Assembly: GCA_002011035.2 (NCBI GenBank)
Contig: MTLY02000003.1
Location: 64,001-128,000, forward strand
Direction of reading: 5' to 3'
Length of the DNA: 64,000 bases
Source of the DNA: Candidatus Hecatella orcuttiae
GTDB lineage: Archaea; Thermoproteota; Bathyarchaeia; Hecatellales; Hecatellaceae
The notes beneath the pieces were generated by a model, which made no database searches, was not told the origin of the DNA, and saw only the letters and a program-made list of their open reading frames with translations. Positions 28,083-37,553 of this stretch are shown here, one piece after another; the first letter of the stretch is position 1, and every line of letters begins with the position of its first letter. The translations under genes and the position numbers were made by a program.

Positions 28083-28856
28083 TTACTCTGGGAAAAATTC
28101 GCTCAGCTTACGGGTTTTCTCAAACTTTAAGACTTCGTAGCATCTCTTCAGCGACACAGGTTTAAACTCCAACCCTTCCCGGGAAAGGAGCGCTTGGGCT
28201 TCCCGGGTCAGGCTGGGCGCTGCGATGATGCCTCTGAGAGGTCTCTCCGTTCTCATGCCCACCGCTTTGATGTAGCGTTGCAGCTGACGCACCGCCTCCC
28301 GGCCCGCGGGATTCCGTTTGATCTCCACCACAACCAAGCGGCCTTCACTATCTTCCCCCACCACGTCAACAAACCCTGCGGCTCCCAGCTCCTTCTCGGA
28401 GGTCAACGGCCGGAAGTCTTCCCCAACCAGCTTCGGCGCGAGGAGGATAGCCCTCTTCATGTCCTGCTCCGAAACGTAGAGGGAGAAATCTCCCTCATCT
28501 GTGAGGGTCAAGGTTGACAGGTGGAGAACCCGGTTGAAAAATATGTTGAGGACTTCTCGGGGTTGAAGCCGGGCGGCTCTGATTCTGAGCTCCTCATCCT
28601 CCACCTCCACTTGGAAGACGCACCCAGCCGGCTGCCAGTTGACGGGCTCGTAGCCTTCAGGCCTGTGGACGAGGACGGAGCCGTCGGTTTTGATGATGAG
28701 AAGCCGTTCTCCCCATCCGAGGGTTGAGGAGGCTCTGCCTTCGTAGCTGACTTGGCAGTTTCCGCTCATGACCACAAGGTTATGTCTAGTCAGAGCTTCC
28801 CGAAGGATGTCTGCAGCATCCCTCAGTTTGGGGTTCTCAAAGGAGCGGACGGACGT
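28083..28856 (-). CDS. nucS: Endonuclease NucS/EndoMS (start uncertain; first canonical start at 28775)
   Basis: Y.GRA.S.L, KTDGSVLVH, PVNWQP, VDVVG.D, VEIKR, QLQRY. Confidence 0.93.
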   Translation of the reverse strand, partial: TSVRSFENPKLRDAADILREALTRHNLVVMSGNCQVSYEGRASSTLGWGERLLIIKTDGSVLVHRPEGYEPVNWQPAGCVFQVEVEDEELRIRAARLQPREVLNIFFNRVLHLSTLTLTDEGDFSLYVSEQDMKRAILLAPKLVGEDFRPLTSEKELGAAGFVDVVGEDSEGRLVVVEIKRNPAGREAVRQLQRYIKAVGMRTERPLRGIIAAPSLTREAQALLSREGLEFKPVSLKRCYEVLKFEKTRKLSEFFPE

Positions 28857-28913
28857 GATTACTCCCCCGAACGTTTCTCCCTGAGAAGGAGGTCCCTCTC
28901 AACCCCCTAAGCC

Positions 28914-29513
28914 TCAGAGAAGCTGGCTGCTGAGCTTCTCCAAAGCGACCCTCGCCTTCAGCTTCAACTCCTCGTAGAGACTGTTCCCATGAGCGTCGAT
29001 GGTGACCGTAAGCGGGCCGAAGTTTTCAACCCTTAGCTTCCACAGGGCTTCGGGAATTCCGAGGTCCAGCCACTTCACTCCTTCAACCCTCTGGACCCTC
29101 TCCGCAGCCAAGACAGCGGCTCCTCCGGTGAAGTGGCAGTAGACGGCGCCCCGTCGCTTCAGGGCTTCAGCCACCTCCCGACCCATGCCGCCCTTCCCTA
29201 CGAGCATTCTAACTCCGTAAGCCTCCAGCAGCGGAGGCGTTAAAGCCTCCAGCCGGGAGCTGGTGGTGGGACCTGCGGCCAAGAGCTCCCAGCCCCCCTT
29301 CTTTCCCCTTCTGACCAAGGGTCCTGAATGGTAGATGACCGCTCCCTCCAAATTCACTGGAAGCCCCCTACCCTTCTGGGCGTATTCCACCAGCCGCAGG
29401 TGAGCTCGGTCTCGGGCGGTGAAGATAACTCCTGAAAGGTAGACGGTGTCCTTCACCCGGAGGCGTTGGACATCCGCTTTCTTTAGGGGGGCTGCCAGTT
29501 TAAACGTAGCCAA
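28914..29513 (-). CDS. Fumarate hydratase class I / tartrate dehydratase beta subunit
   Basis: TARDRAH, GPTTSSRL, GKGGM, LGIPEALW, IDAHGN. Confidence 0.92.
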   Translation of the reverse strand: MATFKLAAPLKKADVQRLRVKDTVYLSGVIFTARDRAHLRLVEYAQKGRGLPVNLEGAVIYHSGPLVRRGKKGGWELLAAGPTTSSRLEALTPPLLEAYGVRMLVGKGGMGREVAEALKRRGAVYCHFTGGAAVLAAERVQRVEGVKWLDLGIPEALWKLRVENFGPLTVTIDAHGNSLYEELKLKARVALEKLSSQLL

Positions 29514-29527
29514 GCGCCGTCAGTCTC

Positions 29528-30397
29528 CTATTCCAGAATCTCCACCGAACGGTCGGAGTGAATACGGGCCGTGGCTCTTCGGTCAGCCCAGCATTGAAAA
29601 TTCAAGGCCACAGGCAGGTTGGCCGTGTGGCAGTGGGCGTGCTCCACCTTGGCGTCTAGGACGGTGAACTTTCCACCTAGGCCCATGGGGCCTATGCCCG
29701 TCCTATTAGCCAGCTTAACCAGCCTGTTCTCCAGCTTTGAAACAGCTTCATCCGGGTTCCGGGACCCCAAAGGCCTGAGGAGGGCCAGTTTGGCCAGCTT
29801 GAAGGCCAAGTCCCCTGTCCCCCCTATGCCCACGCAGAGGACCGTGGGAGGGCAAGGCCGCCCCCCAGCCTCCACAACCCTGTTCACCACGAATTTTTCT
29901 ACGCCTTTCTCTCCCTCCGATGGGGACAGGACGGCGAAGGCGCTCATGTTTTCGGAGCCCGCCCCCTTGAGGACGACGGTTAACTCCACCCAGTCTGAGT
30001 CGTTGAAGACCCACTCGATGTGGGGTATGCGCTTTCCCAGGTTGTTTCCGGAATTTTTCCGGGTTAAAGGGTGAACAGCGTTGGGTCTGAGGGGCAGCTG
30101 GGCAGTGGCTTCAGCTGAGGCTTTTTCCAAAGCTCTGCGGAGTTCGGGGAGGAGGGACGGCTTCCTCGTTTTCACATAAAAGGATATGAGGCCGGTGTCT
30201 TGGCATATAGGCCTTCCGAGCCGCTCAGCAGCTTCGATGTTGTCCAAGATGTTTTTAAGCTGGGTTTTCCCTGTGGGAGAAGTTTCCTCCCCGTAGGCTT
30301 TCCTCAGCCTTTTCTTAACATCCGAGGGAAGCCTGACGGAAGCCCTTCGGAGGAGGTGGAAGCCTGTTTCCCTGAAAACTTCAGCCCAAGAGCTCAT
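29528..30397 (-). CDS. Fumarate hydratase class I / tartrate dehydratase alpha subunit
   Basis: PICQDTG, KGAGSEN, PCPP, GPMGLGG, QCWADR. Confidence 0.93.
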   Translation of the reverse strand: MSSWAEVFRETGFHLLRRASVRLPSDVKKRLRKAYGEETSPTGKTQLKNILDNIEAAERLGRPICQDTGLISFYVKTRKPSLLPELRRALEKASAEATAQLPLRPNAVHPLTRKNSGNNLGKRIPHIEWVFNDSDWVELTVVLKGAGSENMSAFAVLSPSEGEKGVEKFVVNRVVEAGGRPCPPTVLCVGIGGTGDLAFKLAKLALLRPLGSRNPDEAVSKLENRLVKLANRTGIGPMGLGGKFTVLDAKVEHAHCHTANLPVALNFQCWADRRATARIHSDRSVEILE

Positions 30398-30512
30398 TCC
30401 AATTCAGCAAACTCCTTTAAAGATATTTTCAGCCAGCTCTCCCTTTTAAAACTGTTCACAGTTCTTAAATAGAGGAAAAGCCTAAAAGGTCCTTCTGGGT
30501 AGGAGCACCTCC

Positions 30513-31514
30513 TTGGCTTGCGGACAAGAGGAATCCGGAGAAGGGAAAACTCCCCAGTATAGGGAGATAGAGGAGATCCCCGGAGTCGGCCCAGCCACAG
30601 CTGAGAAGCTTCGGAAGCTGGGCTACTCCACCATCGAGTCCCTAGCCACCGCCAGCTTAAAAGAGTTAACCCAAACTTTGGGGGAGAAAACCGCTTACAC
30701 CGCCATCACAGAAGCTAGGAAATGCATCATATCCATTCCCTTCATGAGGGCGGACGAATACCTGAAGTTCCGCTCAACCGTCGAAAGGCTGACCACCGGA
30801 TGTAAGGCTTTGGACGAACTTTTAGGCGGCGGGGTTGAGTCTCAAAGCATCACCGAGGTCTACGGCGAATATGGGACGGGGAAATCTCAAATCTGCCATC
30901 AGCTCTGCGTCAACGCTCAGCTTCCCAAAGAGCAGGGGGGATTGGACGGAGGCGTCCTTTACATCGACACCGAGAACACCTTCCGCCCTGAGCGCATTGT
31001 GCAGATAGCTAAGCATCTGGACTTGGATCCTGACAGGGTTTTAAGCCGCATAATCTACGCGGAGGCTTTAACCTCCGACCATCAGATGCACCTGCTGGAC
31101 AATGCCAGCGCCCAGTTTAAGGAAAACAACATCAGGCTGATAATTTTGGATTCCCTCATCTCCCATTTTAGAAGCGAATTCATCGGAAGGGAAATGCTGG
31201 CGGAAAGGCAGCAGAAGCTGGAGAAGCACCTTCACAAACTCATCCGGTTGGCCCGGGCCTACAATGCTGTTGCCTTTGTCACAAACCAGGTGATGGCTAG
31301 GCCTGACGCTTTTCTTTCCGAAGCCGTAGGGCCCACGGGCGGCCACATTTTAGCTCACACAAGCCATACTAGGGTTTTTTTGAGGAAAGCCGCGGCGCCT
31401 CATGTCAGGATTGCCAGGCTGATGGTCAGCCCCTCCCTCCCCGAGGGAAGGGAATGCATCTTCAAAATCTCCGAGAGAGGCATAGAAGACACAGTCTTGG
31501 AAAAGAGGCGGTGA
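30513..31514 (+). CDS. radA: Recombinase RadA
   Basis: N-terminal Hh[43 protein letters not shown]. Confidence 0.93.
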   Translation: MACGQEESGEGKTPQYREIEEIPGVGPATAEKLRKLGYSTIESLATASLKELTQTLGEKTAYTAITEARKCIISIPFMRADEYLKFRSTVERLTTGCKALDELLGGGVESQSITEVYGEYGTGKSQICHQLCVNAQLPKEQGGLDGGVLYIDTENTFRPERIVQIAKHLDLDPDRVLSRIIYAEALTSDHQMHLLDNASAQFKENNIRLIILDSLISHFRSEFIGREMLAERQQKLEKHLHKLIRLARAYNAVAFVTNQVMARPDAFLSEAVGPTGGHILAHTSHTRVFLRKAAAPHVRIARLMVSPSLPEGRECIFKISERGIEDTVLEKRR

Positions 31515-31526
31515 AAGAGGTAGCCC

Positions 31527-31922
31527 ATGCAGATATCCAAGGCCTTTGTTCAAAGGTTTCATAAACTCAGGGTGGACCGGGATTTCGCCGGAGCTGAAAG
31601 GGAGCTGGAGGCTCTTCGAGGTAGACTGGCGAGGGCTGAGTGGGGCCGAGGCTACTTAGCGGCCTTGGAAGGAATGCTCACAGCCTACCGCAACAGAAAC
31701 GACAAGTACGCTCTCATTAACAGGTTTCCCTCCAGCAAGGAGGAAGTAGCCCCCCTCCTGGAGGAGTTTCGTCTGAAGTCGAAGAGCTACGTGAGCTCTG
31801 ACTACGACAGGGGTTTCTTTCACGCTTGGGCTGACTTCGCTCAACTGGTGGCTGAGGGGCTCATCGAGGTTGAGAAGCCGACTGAGGTGAAAGAGGAGGA
31901 ACTTGAAAGCCCCGCCTCCTAA
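31527..31922 (+). CDS. Helical hypothetical protein with two RG(Y/F)xxA repeats
   Basis: ATG 12 nt after the radA stop; WGRGYLAAL and YDRGFFHAW. Confidence 0.7.
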   Translation: MQISKAFVQRFHKLRVDRDFAGAERELEALRGRLARAEWGRGYLAALEGMLTAYRNRNDKYALINRFPSSKEEVAPLLEEFRLKSKSYVSSDYDRGFFHAWADFAQLVAEGLIEVEKPTEVKEEELESPAS

Positions 31923-31928
31923 GGCCGG

Positions 31929-32225
31929 CTACATGGCAAACCTCACAATCATGGTGTGGAAGAACACCCAGAAAGCAAACCAGACGATGATGTAGGCGAA
32001 AACTCCCTGAAGGGCGAGGTCTCTTTTTTTGGGGAGCTGCTCAGGCTTTATGGCGAAGGCATACCGCAGCACCACGTAGGAGAGAATGTAGATGCCGATG
32101 GCGAGGAAAAGGGCTAAAAACTTGGAGGCCTCGAAAAATCCCTCCACGTTCAGGTAGGCTGTGAGGGCCGCGGCTGCGAAGGCAAGGCCGAATCTAAACC
32201 ACCAGATTTTGTCGACAAGCCTCAA
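31929..32225 (-). CDS. Three-TM protein of the EMC6/Rab5ip(OPTI)-like family
   Basis: DKIWWFR N-terminus; QGVFAYIIVWFAFWVFFHT C-terminus. Confidence 0.6.
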   Translation of the reverse strand: MRLVDKIWWFRFGLAFAAAALTAYLNVEGFFEASKFLALFLAIGIYILSYVVLRYAFAIKPEQLPKKRDLALQGVFAYIIVWFAFWVFFHTMIVRFAM

Positions 32226-32408
32226 CCGGCGCCACCTGTCCTCTCCAAGGATGTCACAGCGAACATCTTCCCCCGTCGGTGGGCATCTGCCATCTTTCGG
32301 GCTAGATTAAACTATCTGCTAAAAGGATATAAACTCTGTTAGGGCGGCTTCTTCCTCCGAAGATATTTATCCCCCAGTCCTCTCTAAGTTTAGGGGCCTA
32401 AGGCCGGT

Positions 32409-34418
32409 TTGAAGAAGAACAGGGTGAAGACGCAGCCGAGCAGCTTCGACTTGGCGGTTCTATCCGCGGAGTTAGACAGGGCGCTGAAAGACTACTACGT
32501 GGACAACATCTACCAAGTGAACCCGACCACCCTACTGGTGAAGTTGAACAAGCCTGCCTCACCCGTCAGAAACCTCCTCATCGAAGCTGGGAGAAGGGTT
32601 CACCTCACCGCTTACTCGGTGGAAAAACCTCTGAGGCCTCCGCCCTTCTGCTCCGCCCTCCGAAAGTACCTCCTCAACGGCAGGGTTTCAAAGGTGGAGC
32701 AGCCCGACTTTGAGAGAATGCTCATTCTTCACATCTTCGCGCATGGTGAAAACTTCAAGCTGGCTGCTGAGTTCTTCGGGAAAGGCAACATCATCCTGAC
32801 GGACGGTGAGGACAAGGTGCTCCATGCCCTAGCGCAGAGAAAAACCAAGGACAGGCTCGTGGCCCGCGGCCGGAAGCTTGCCCCACCACCCCCCCTAGGC
32901 CTCGGCCAGAGGCCTTCCAGCCCGGAAATACTCTTGGAAAAGTTGAAGCTGGAGAAAGTCGAGGTGGTTAAGGCTCTTACTCGAATATATGGGATTGGAG
33001 GCACCTACGCGGAGGAAATTCTCCTCCGAGCCGGTGTGGACAAGAAGCTGGCCGGAGGGGAGGTGACGTTCACCATGGCGGAGAGGATCTTCCAAGCCGC
33101 TCAGAGGGTTTTCCGGGAAATCGAAGACCCCCGGCCTTCGGTGGTGCTGGATGAAGACGGTGAACCCTTGGACGTCGTTCCCTTCCCCCTCCAAGTCTAC
33201 TCCGGAAAAAAGGTGGAGAGCTATCCTAGCCTCAACGAGGCCTTCGACGAGTATTTCACCAAGCTTGAAACAGGGAAGGCTGAAGGGGAACGCCAGGCAA
33301 AGGTCGCCTCCAAGCTCGGGGAGCTGAAGAGAATCCTGAAGGAACAGGAAGCCAAGCTCGGGGAGCTGGAAAAGGAGGAAGCCCGGCATCGAAAGGCGGG
33401 GGAAACCATCTTCCACCACTCCCTAGAACTCCAGAGCCTCCTCCGAGAGGTGGAGAAAAACGTCCTCAACGGAAAGCCTTGGCCGGAAATCAGCCGGGAG
33501 ATCGATTTGAGGAAAAACAAGGGCGAGACCCCTTACTCTTGGGTGGTGGGGCTCAATCCCAAAGACCGCCGGTTAAGGCTTTCAGTGGAGGGTTTAGAAT
33601 TCGACCTCACCGTCGGCAAGTCGGTGTACGAAAACGCCTCCGCCCATTTCCAGGAGTCAAAGGACCTCCGAGGGAAAATCTCAAGCCTGAAAGAGGCTCT
33701 AGGGGAAACACAGCGGAAGATGGAGGCCTTGGAAAAAGACCTAGAGGCCCTGAGGGAGCAGCCCCTGCATCCTGTTAAGGTTAAGGAAAAAAAATGGTTT
33801 GAAAAGTTTAGGTTCTTCTTCACCTCCGGAGGCTTTCTCGTCGTGGCCGGCAGGGATGCCTCCTCCAACGAGGCTCTGGTTAAAAGATACGCGGAGCCTG
33901 AGGACCGGGTTTTTCACACAGACATAGCAGGCGCCCCCTTCGCCGTTGTCAAAACCGGGGGGAAACAACCCTCCGAATCCGACCTTCGGGAAGCCGCCCA
34001 GTTCGCCGTCTGCTACAGTCGAGCTTGGCGGGAGGGCTTGAACGCCGCCGACGCCTACCATGTGAACCCCGGCCAGCTGAGTAAGGCTGCTCCCTCAGGC
34101 CAGTATTTGGGGAGAGGCGCCTTCTCCGTCAGCGGGCCTCGAATGTACATTCGAAACATCCCCCTAAGAATAGCCCTAGGAGTCAAGCTGGAGGGGGGGA
34201 TGCCTCAGGTTTACGCTGCGCCCCCGCAAGTTTTCCAACCCCCACAGCCCCACGTTGTGTTGGCTCCGGGGAACCTGCGCGCCAAAGAACTCGCCCTAAA
34301 AGTAAGGTCCACCTTAGCGGGGAAGACGCCCAAAGAATGGAGAGATGCTGTGTTGAAGATTCCCTTGGAAGACTTCATCGCCCTCATCCCCTACGGCAGG
34401 GGATGCATGGTAAGCTGA
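32409..34418 (+). CDS. rqcH: Ribosome rescue factor Rqc2/RqcH (NFACT)
   Basis: LRKYL, QPDFER, EFFGKGNIIL, GIGGTYAEE, WFEKFR, GRDASSNE, GQYLGRGAF. Confidence 0.92.
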   Translation: MKKNRVKTQPSSFDLAVLSAELDRALKDYYVDNIYQVNPTTLLVKLNKPASPVRNLLIEAGRRVHLTAYSVEKPLRPPPFCSALRKYLLNGRVSKVEQPDFERMLILHIFAHGENFKLAAEFFGKGNIILTDGEDKVLHALAQRKTKDRLVARGRKLAPPPPLGLGQRPSSPEILLEKLKLEKVEVVKALTRIYGIGGTYAEEILLRAGVDKKLAGGEVTFTMAERIFQAAQRVFREIEDPRPSVVLDEDGEPLDVVPFPLQVYSGKKVESYPSLNEAFDEYFTKLETGKAEGERQAKVASKLGELKRILKEQEAKLGELEKEEARHRKAGETIFHHSLELQSLLREVEKNVLNGKPWPEISREIDLRKNKGETPYSWVVGLNPKDRRLRLSVEGLEFDLTVGKSVYENASAHFQESKDLRGKISSLKEALGETQRKMEALEKDLEALREQPLHPVKVKEKKWFEKFRFFFTSGGFLVVAGRDASSNEALVKRYAEPEDRVFHTDIAGAPFAVVKTGGKQPSESDLREAAQFAVCYSRAWREGLNAADAYHVNPGQLSKAAPSGQYLGRGAFSVSGPRMYIRNIPLRIALGVKLEGGMPQVYAAPPQVFQPPQPHVVLAPGNLRAKELALKVRSTLAGKTPKEWRDAVLKIPLEDFIALIPYGRGCMVS

Positions 34419-34554
34419 GGAAGAAAGTTTTTGGCGAGAATCCGCCGCCTCCAGTTTACACAGCTCTGTTCCTCCGATGGAAAGTAGCGCAGACAAGTTG
34501 AAAGCGTAAATAGGCTTCGATGCCTCCTATTCTCTAACTGAGCAGGTGAAACAG

Positions 34555-35415
34555 ATGTCAGCGGAGGAAAGAATTAAAAACTATGCAGTAGAGTGCGGAG
34601 CTTTGGCGGCTGGAATCGCCAGCGTGGAAGACATCAACCGGTATGCCCCTGAGGGGCATAGGCCCGACGACATCCTGCCCGGCGCCAAAAGCGTAGTGGT
34701 GACAGGCGGGCCGCCTACGACGGCGGGAGCTTGGAGAAGCCCCAACCCGCGTATAACCACCCTCACGAGGGTCTACCCCATGATAAGGGGAACCGTGGTC
34801 ATGAAACTCGCCGCCCTGATCGAAAGGGAATATGGATACTACGCTGTTTTTTACGACGGCCAAGCTGAGTCAGGGCATAATCCTTTCCTAAGCCTAAAAC
34901 TCTGCGCTGAAATGGCCGGGCTGGGAACAAGAGCCCTAGCCGGAGGCGTGATATTAAACAGAGACCACGGCCTGCTAAACTTCAGCTGCGTGGTCACCTC
35001 CATGCCTCTAAAACCCGACGGTCCGATGGAGGAGCCTGTATGCCCGCATCATTCCTGCATCAAAATCTGGGAAGCGAAACATACGACACCGTGCTTGGAA
35101 GCCTGCCCCACATGCCTCTCAGGCTTCCTTGAAGGAGGAAGAATAAAATGGATGCAGTTCCGCCGATACCTCTGCGAGCCTCGGGCTCAAACCACCTCGA
35201 CCACGGCCTTCCGCCAAAAGCTTTTGGAAATTGTCAACGAAACCGACCTTGAAAAGAGAAAGCAGATGGTCTACGGAGAGTTTTTCAGCCGTATAGTCAG
35301 GTCCTTGGCCTTTTCCAGCGAACTGGTTGGCGGATGCATCGAATGCCTCAGACACTGCCCTGTCTGCATAAAGGCCACTACGCTGAGGCCTATCCCGAGG
35401 GGTGGAAAACCTTGA
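34555..35415 (+). CDS. QueG/reductive-dehalogenase-like Fe-S protein
   Basis: GIAS...PDDILPGAKSVVV, SLKLCAEMAGLG, PCLEACP, GCIECLRHCP; AGGTGA SD. Confidence 0.7.
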   Translation: MSAEERIKNYAVECGALAAGIASVEDINRYAPEGHRPDDILPGAKSVVVTGGPPTTAGAWRSPNPRITTLTRVYPMIRGTVVMKLAALIEREYGYYAVFYDGQAESGHNPFLSLKLCAEMAGLGTRALAGGVILNRDHGLLNFSCVVTSMPLKPDGPMEEPVCPHHSCIKIWEAKHTTPCLEACPTCLSGFLEGGRIKWMQFRRYLCEPRAQTTSTTAFRQKLLEIVNETDLEKRKQMVYGEFFSRIVRSLAFSSELVGGCIECLRHCPVCIKATTLRPIPRGGKP

Positions 35416-35681
35416 AGCTGACATTCGCAGAACTATACCGGAGACACAGGGATACCGTGTTCCAGTTAAGTTTGGCGATTCAAAATTACGATGGAAAAAC
35501 CTACACGCCTCCGCCGCTCTCCGACAAGGCGATAGCTGAAAAAATAGGGCTGACCGCCGAAGAGGTTAGAGAAATCCGCTGCCTAGCCGAAGCCGACGCT
35601 CTGCCGGCCAGCGTTTGGGCGGAGGCTGACGTGTTCAAAAACGAAAGAGCTAAAAAATTTCGAAGAGCCGAGAAAATTTGA
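35412..35681 (+). CDS. Small 89-aa protein with HTH-like segment
   Basis: TTG overlaps the upstream TGA; LSDKAIAEKIGLTAEEVREIRCLAE. Confidence 0.7.
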   Translation: MKLTFAELYRRHRDTVFQLSLAIQNYDGKTYTPPPLSDKAIAEKIGLTAEEVREIRCLAEADALPASVWAEADVFKNERAKKFRRAEKI

Positions 35682-35705
35682 CCGCCCTTAAGACGTTGCC
35701 CTCGG

Positions 35706-36461
35706 TTAGGGTTTCCTTTTGAACAGGTATGCTCCCAGGAAGAGGAAGCCTACGCACACGCCTACGAGGACGGAGAGGTCGAGGAGGAGGGGTAGGGCGT
35801 TTTCTCCGCTGAAGAATCCCCGCAGCGCGTCCACCCCGTAGGTCATAGGATTCACGTAGGAGAGAATCCTCATCCACGTAGGCACCCCGGTGAGGGGGAA
35901 GAAGGCTCCGCTGAGGAAGAACATGGGCATGACGATGAAGTTCATGATCAACTGGAAGCCGTGGGGATCCTCCATCGTCGAGGCGAAGGAAACTCCCAAG
36001 CTTACAAAGGCCAGAGAAATCAGCATGCACACGCCCACCATGGCCAGCGTGGGGAGCACCCCGGGAAATCTGCCTACGACCAAGATAGCCAAACCCAGCA
36101 TGGCAAGGCCTTGGACCATGGAAGTGGAGGCGCCTCCCAAGGTTTTTCCCAAAACGATGGATGTGCGAGAGACGGGGGCTACCAAAATTTCTTTGAGGAA
36201 CCCGAACTGCTTGTCCCAGAGGACGGAGACCCCTGAAAAGACGGAGCTGAAGAGGAGGGCGATAGCCACGACCCCCGGAGCCAGAAACGCGAGGTAGCCT
36301 CCTTTCAGGCCTGGGAAGACGAAGGAGGAGCTGAACCCCACGCCGAAGAAAACCAGCCACATGAGGGGCATGGCTATGGCGCTGGCAACTCTGGACTTCG
36401 CCCTCGCGAAGCGCTTCACTTCCCTAAGCCACAAAATGTAGACGGCTCTCTTCTCAATCGT
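35706..36461 (-). CDS. ABC-2 type exporter permease (start uncertain; TTG at 36434)
   Basis: DKQFGFLKEILVAPVSR, FLSGAFFP, NPMTYGVDALR. Confidence 0.92.
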   Translation of the reverse strand, partial: TIEKRAVYILWLREVKRFARAKSRVASAIAMPLMWLVFFGVGFSSSFVFPGLKGGYLAFLAPGVVAIALLFSSVFSGVSVLWDKQFGFLKEILVAPVSRTSIVLGKTLGGASTSMVQGLAMLGLAILVVGRFPGVLPTLAMVGVCMLISLAFVSLGVSFASTMEDPHGFQLIMNFIVMPMFFLSGAFFPLTGVPTWMRILSYVNPMTYGVDALRGFFSGENALPLLLDLSVLVGVCVGFLFLGAYLFKRKP

Positions 36462-36467
36462 GGCTTT

Positions 36468-37472
36468 TCACCTCTTCATGAGCAGGCGCATCCTCTCCAT
36501 GGGGCTTGTTTCCTCCTCCCTTATCCTCCGCCCGGTGTAGGTGAGGAAGACATCGTCCAAGGTCGGCCGGTGGAGGTCCACGGAGTTCACTTCCACCTCC
36601 AAGGACTCCGCCAGCTCTAGGACTTGAGGGATCATCTTGGCAGCATCGTAGACGGTGAGGCAGAGGGTTCCCTCCGCGGTTTTAACGGCTCTGACAGCCT
36701 GGTTCTCCTTGAAGGCTGAGGCTAAGGCATCCGCCTTCCCAGCCACCTTCAACTCGATGATGTCCCCGCCCAGCAGGTCTTTCAGGTGTTTAGGCTCGTC
36801 GCAGGCGATGATCTTTCCGTAGTCGATGATGGCCACCCGGTTGCAGAGGCTGTCAGCCTCGTCCATGTAGTGGGTGGTGAGGAAGATGGTCACCCGCTCC
36901 CTCCGGTTCAGCTCCCGGATGTAGTCCCAGATGTGACGGCGGGTTTGGGGGTCTAAGCCCAGAGTCGGCTCGTCGAGGAAGAGCACTTTAGGGTGGTGCA
37001 TGAGGCCGCGGGCGATCTCCAGTCTCCTCCGCATCCCGCCTGAGTAGGTCTTCACCAGTCTGTCGGCTTTATCCTCCAATTCCACCATCTTGAGAAGCTC
37101 GGTGATTCGCTCTTTGATTTCCCCCGTAGCCATGCCGTAGAGTCTCCCGTGGAAGTCCATGTTCTCTCTTCCCGTGAGGTTCTCGTCGAGGCTGGGGTCT
37201 TGGAAAACTATGCCTATCGACTTCCGCACCAAGTCAGGCTCCTTCGCCACATCATAGCCTGACACCTTAGCCACGCCGGAGGTCGGCTTCAGCAAGGTGC
37301 AGAGCATGTGGATCAGCGTAGTCTTCCCGGCGCCGTTGGGCCCTAGGAAGCCGAATATCTCAGACTCAAAGACCTCCAGGGAAACACTGTCCACAGCCCT
37401 AACTTTCCCATCGTAGACTTTCGTCAGGTTTTGAGCTTCGATGACTGCCAAAGCTTCTTTACACCTATACAC
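36468..37472 (-). CDS. ABC exporter ATP-binding subunit (DrrA-like)
   Basis: GPNGAGKTT, YSGGMRRRL, LFLDEPT, TTHYM, PTLDDVF. Confidence 0.95.
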   Translation of the reverse strand: MYRCKEALAVIEAQNLTKVYDGKVRAVDSVSLEVFESEIFGFLGPNGAGKTTLIHMLCTLLKPTSGVAKVSGYDVAKEPDLVRKSIGIVFQDPSLDENLTGRENMDFHGRLYGMATGEIKERITELLKMVELEDKADRLVKTYSGGMRRRLEIARGLMHHPKVLFLDEPTLGLDPQTRRHIWDYIRELNRRERVTIFLTTHYMDEADSLCNRVAIIDYGKIIACDEPKHLKDLLGGDIIELKVAGKADALASAFKENQAVRAVKTAEGTLCLTVYDAAKMIPQVLELAESLEVEVNSVDLHRPTLDDVFLTYTGRRIREEETSPMERMRLLMKR

Positions 37473-37553
37473 TCATGGAGACCGTAGGCTCTGATAAGCA
37501 TAGCCCAAGTCGAATGCTGGCCGGCTTGGAAAAATCCAAAAGCCCGAGGAAGC

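Noticed and set aside
2-31514. Inteins in nrdJ, topA or radA
   Set aside because: The visible parts are of normal length with contiguous motifs and no intein-type insert
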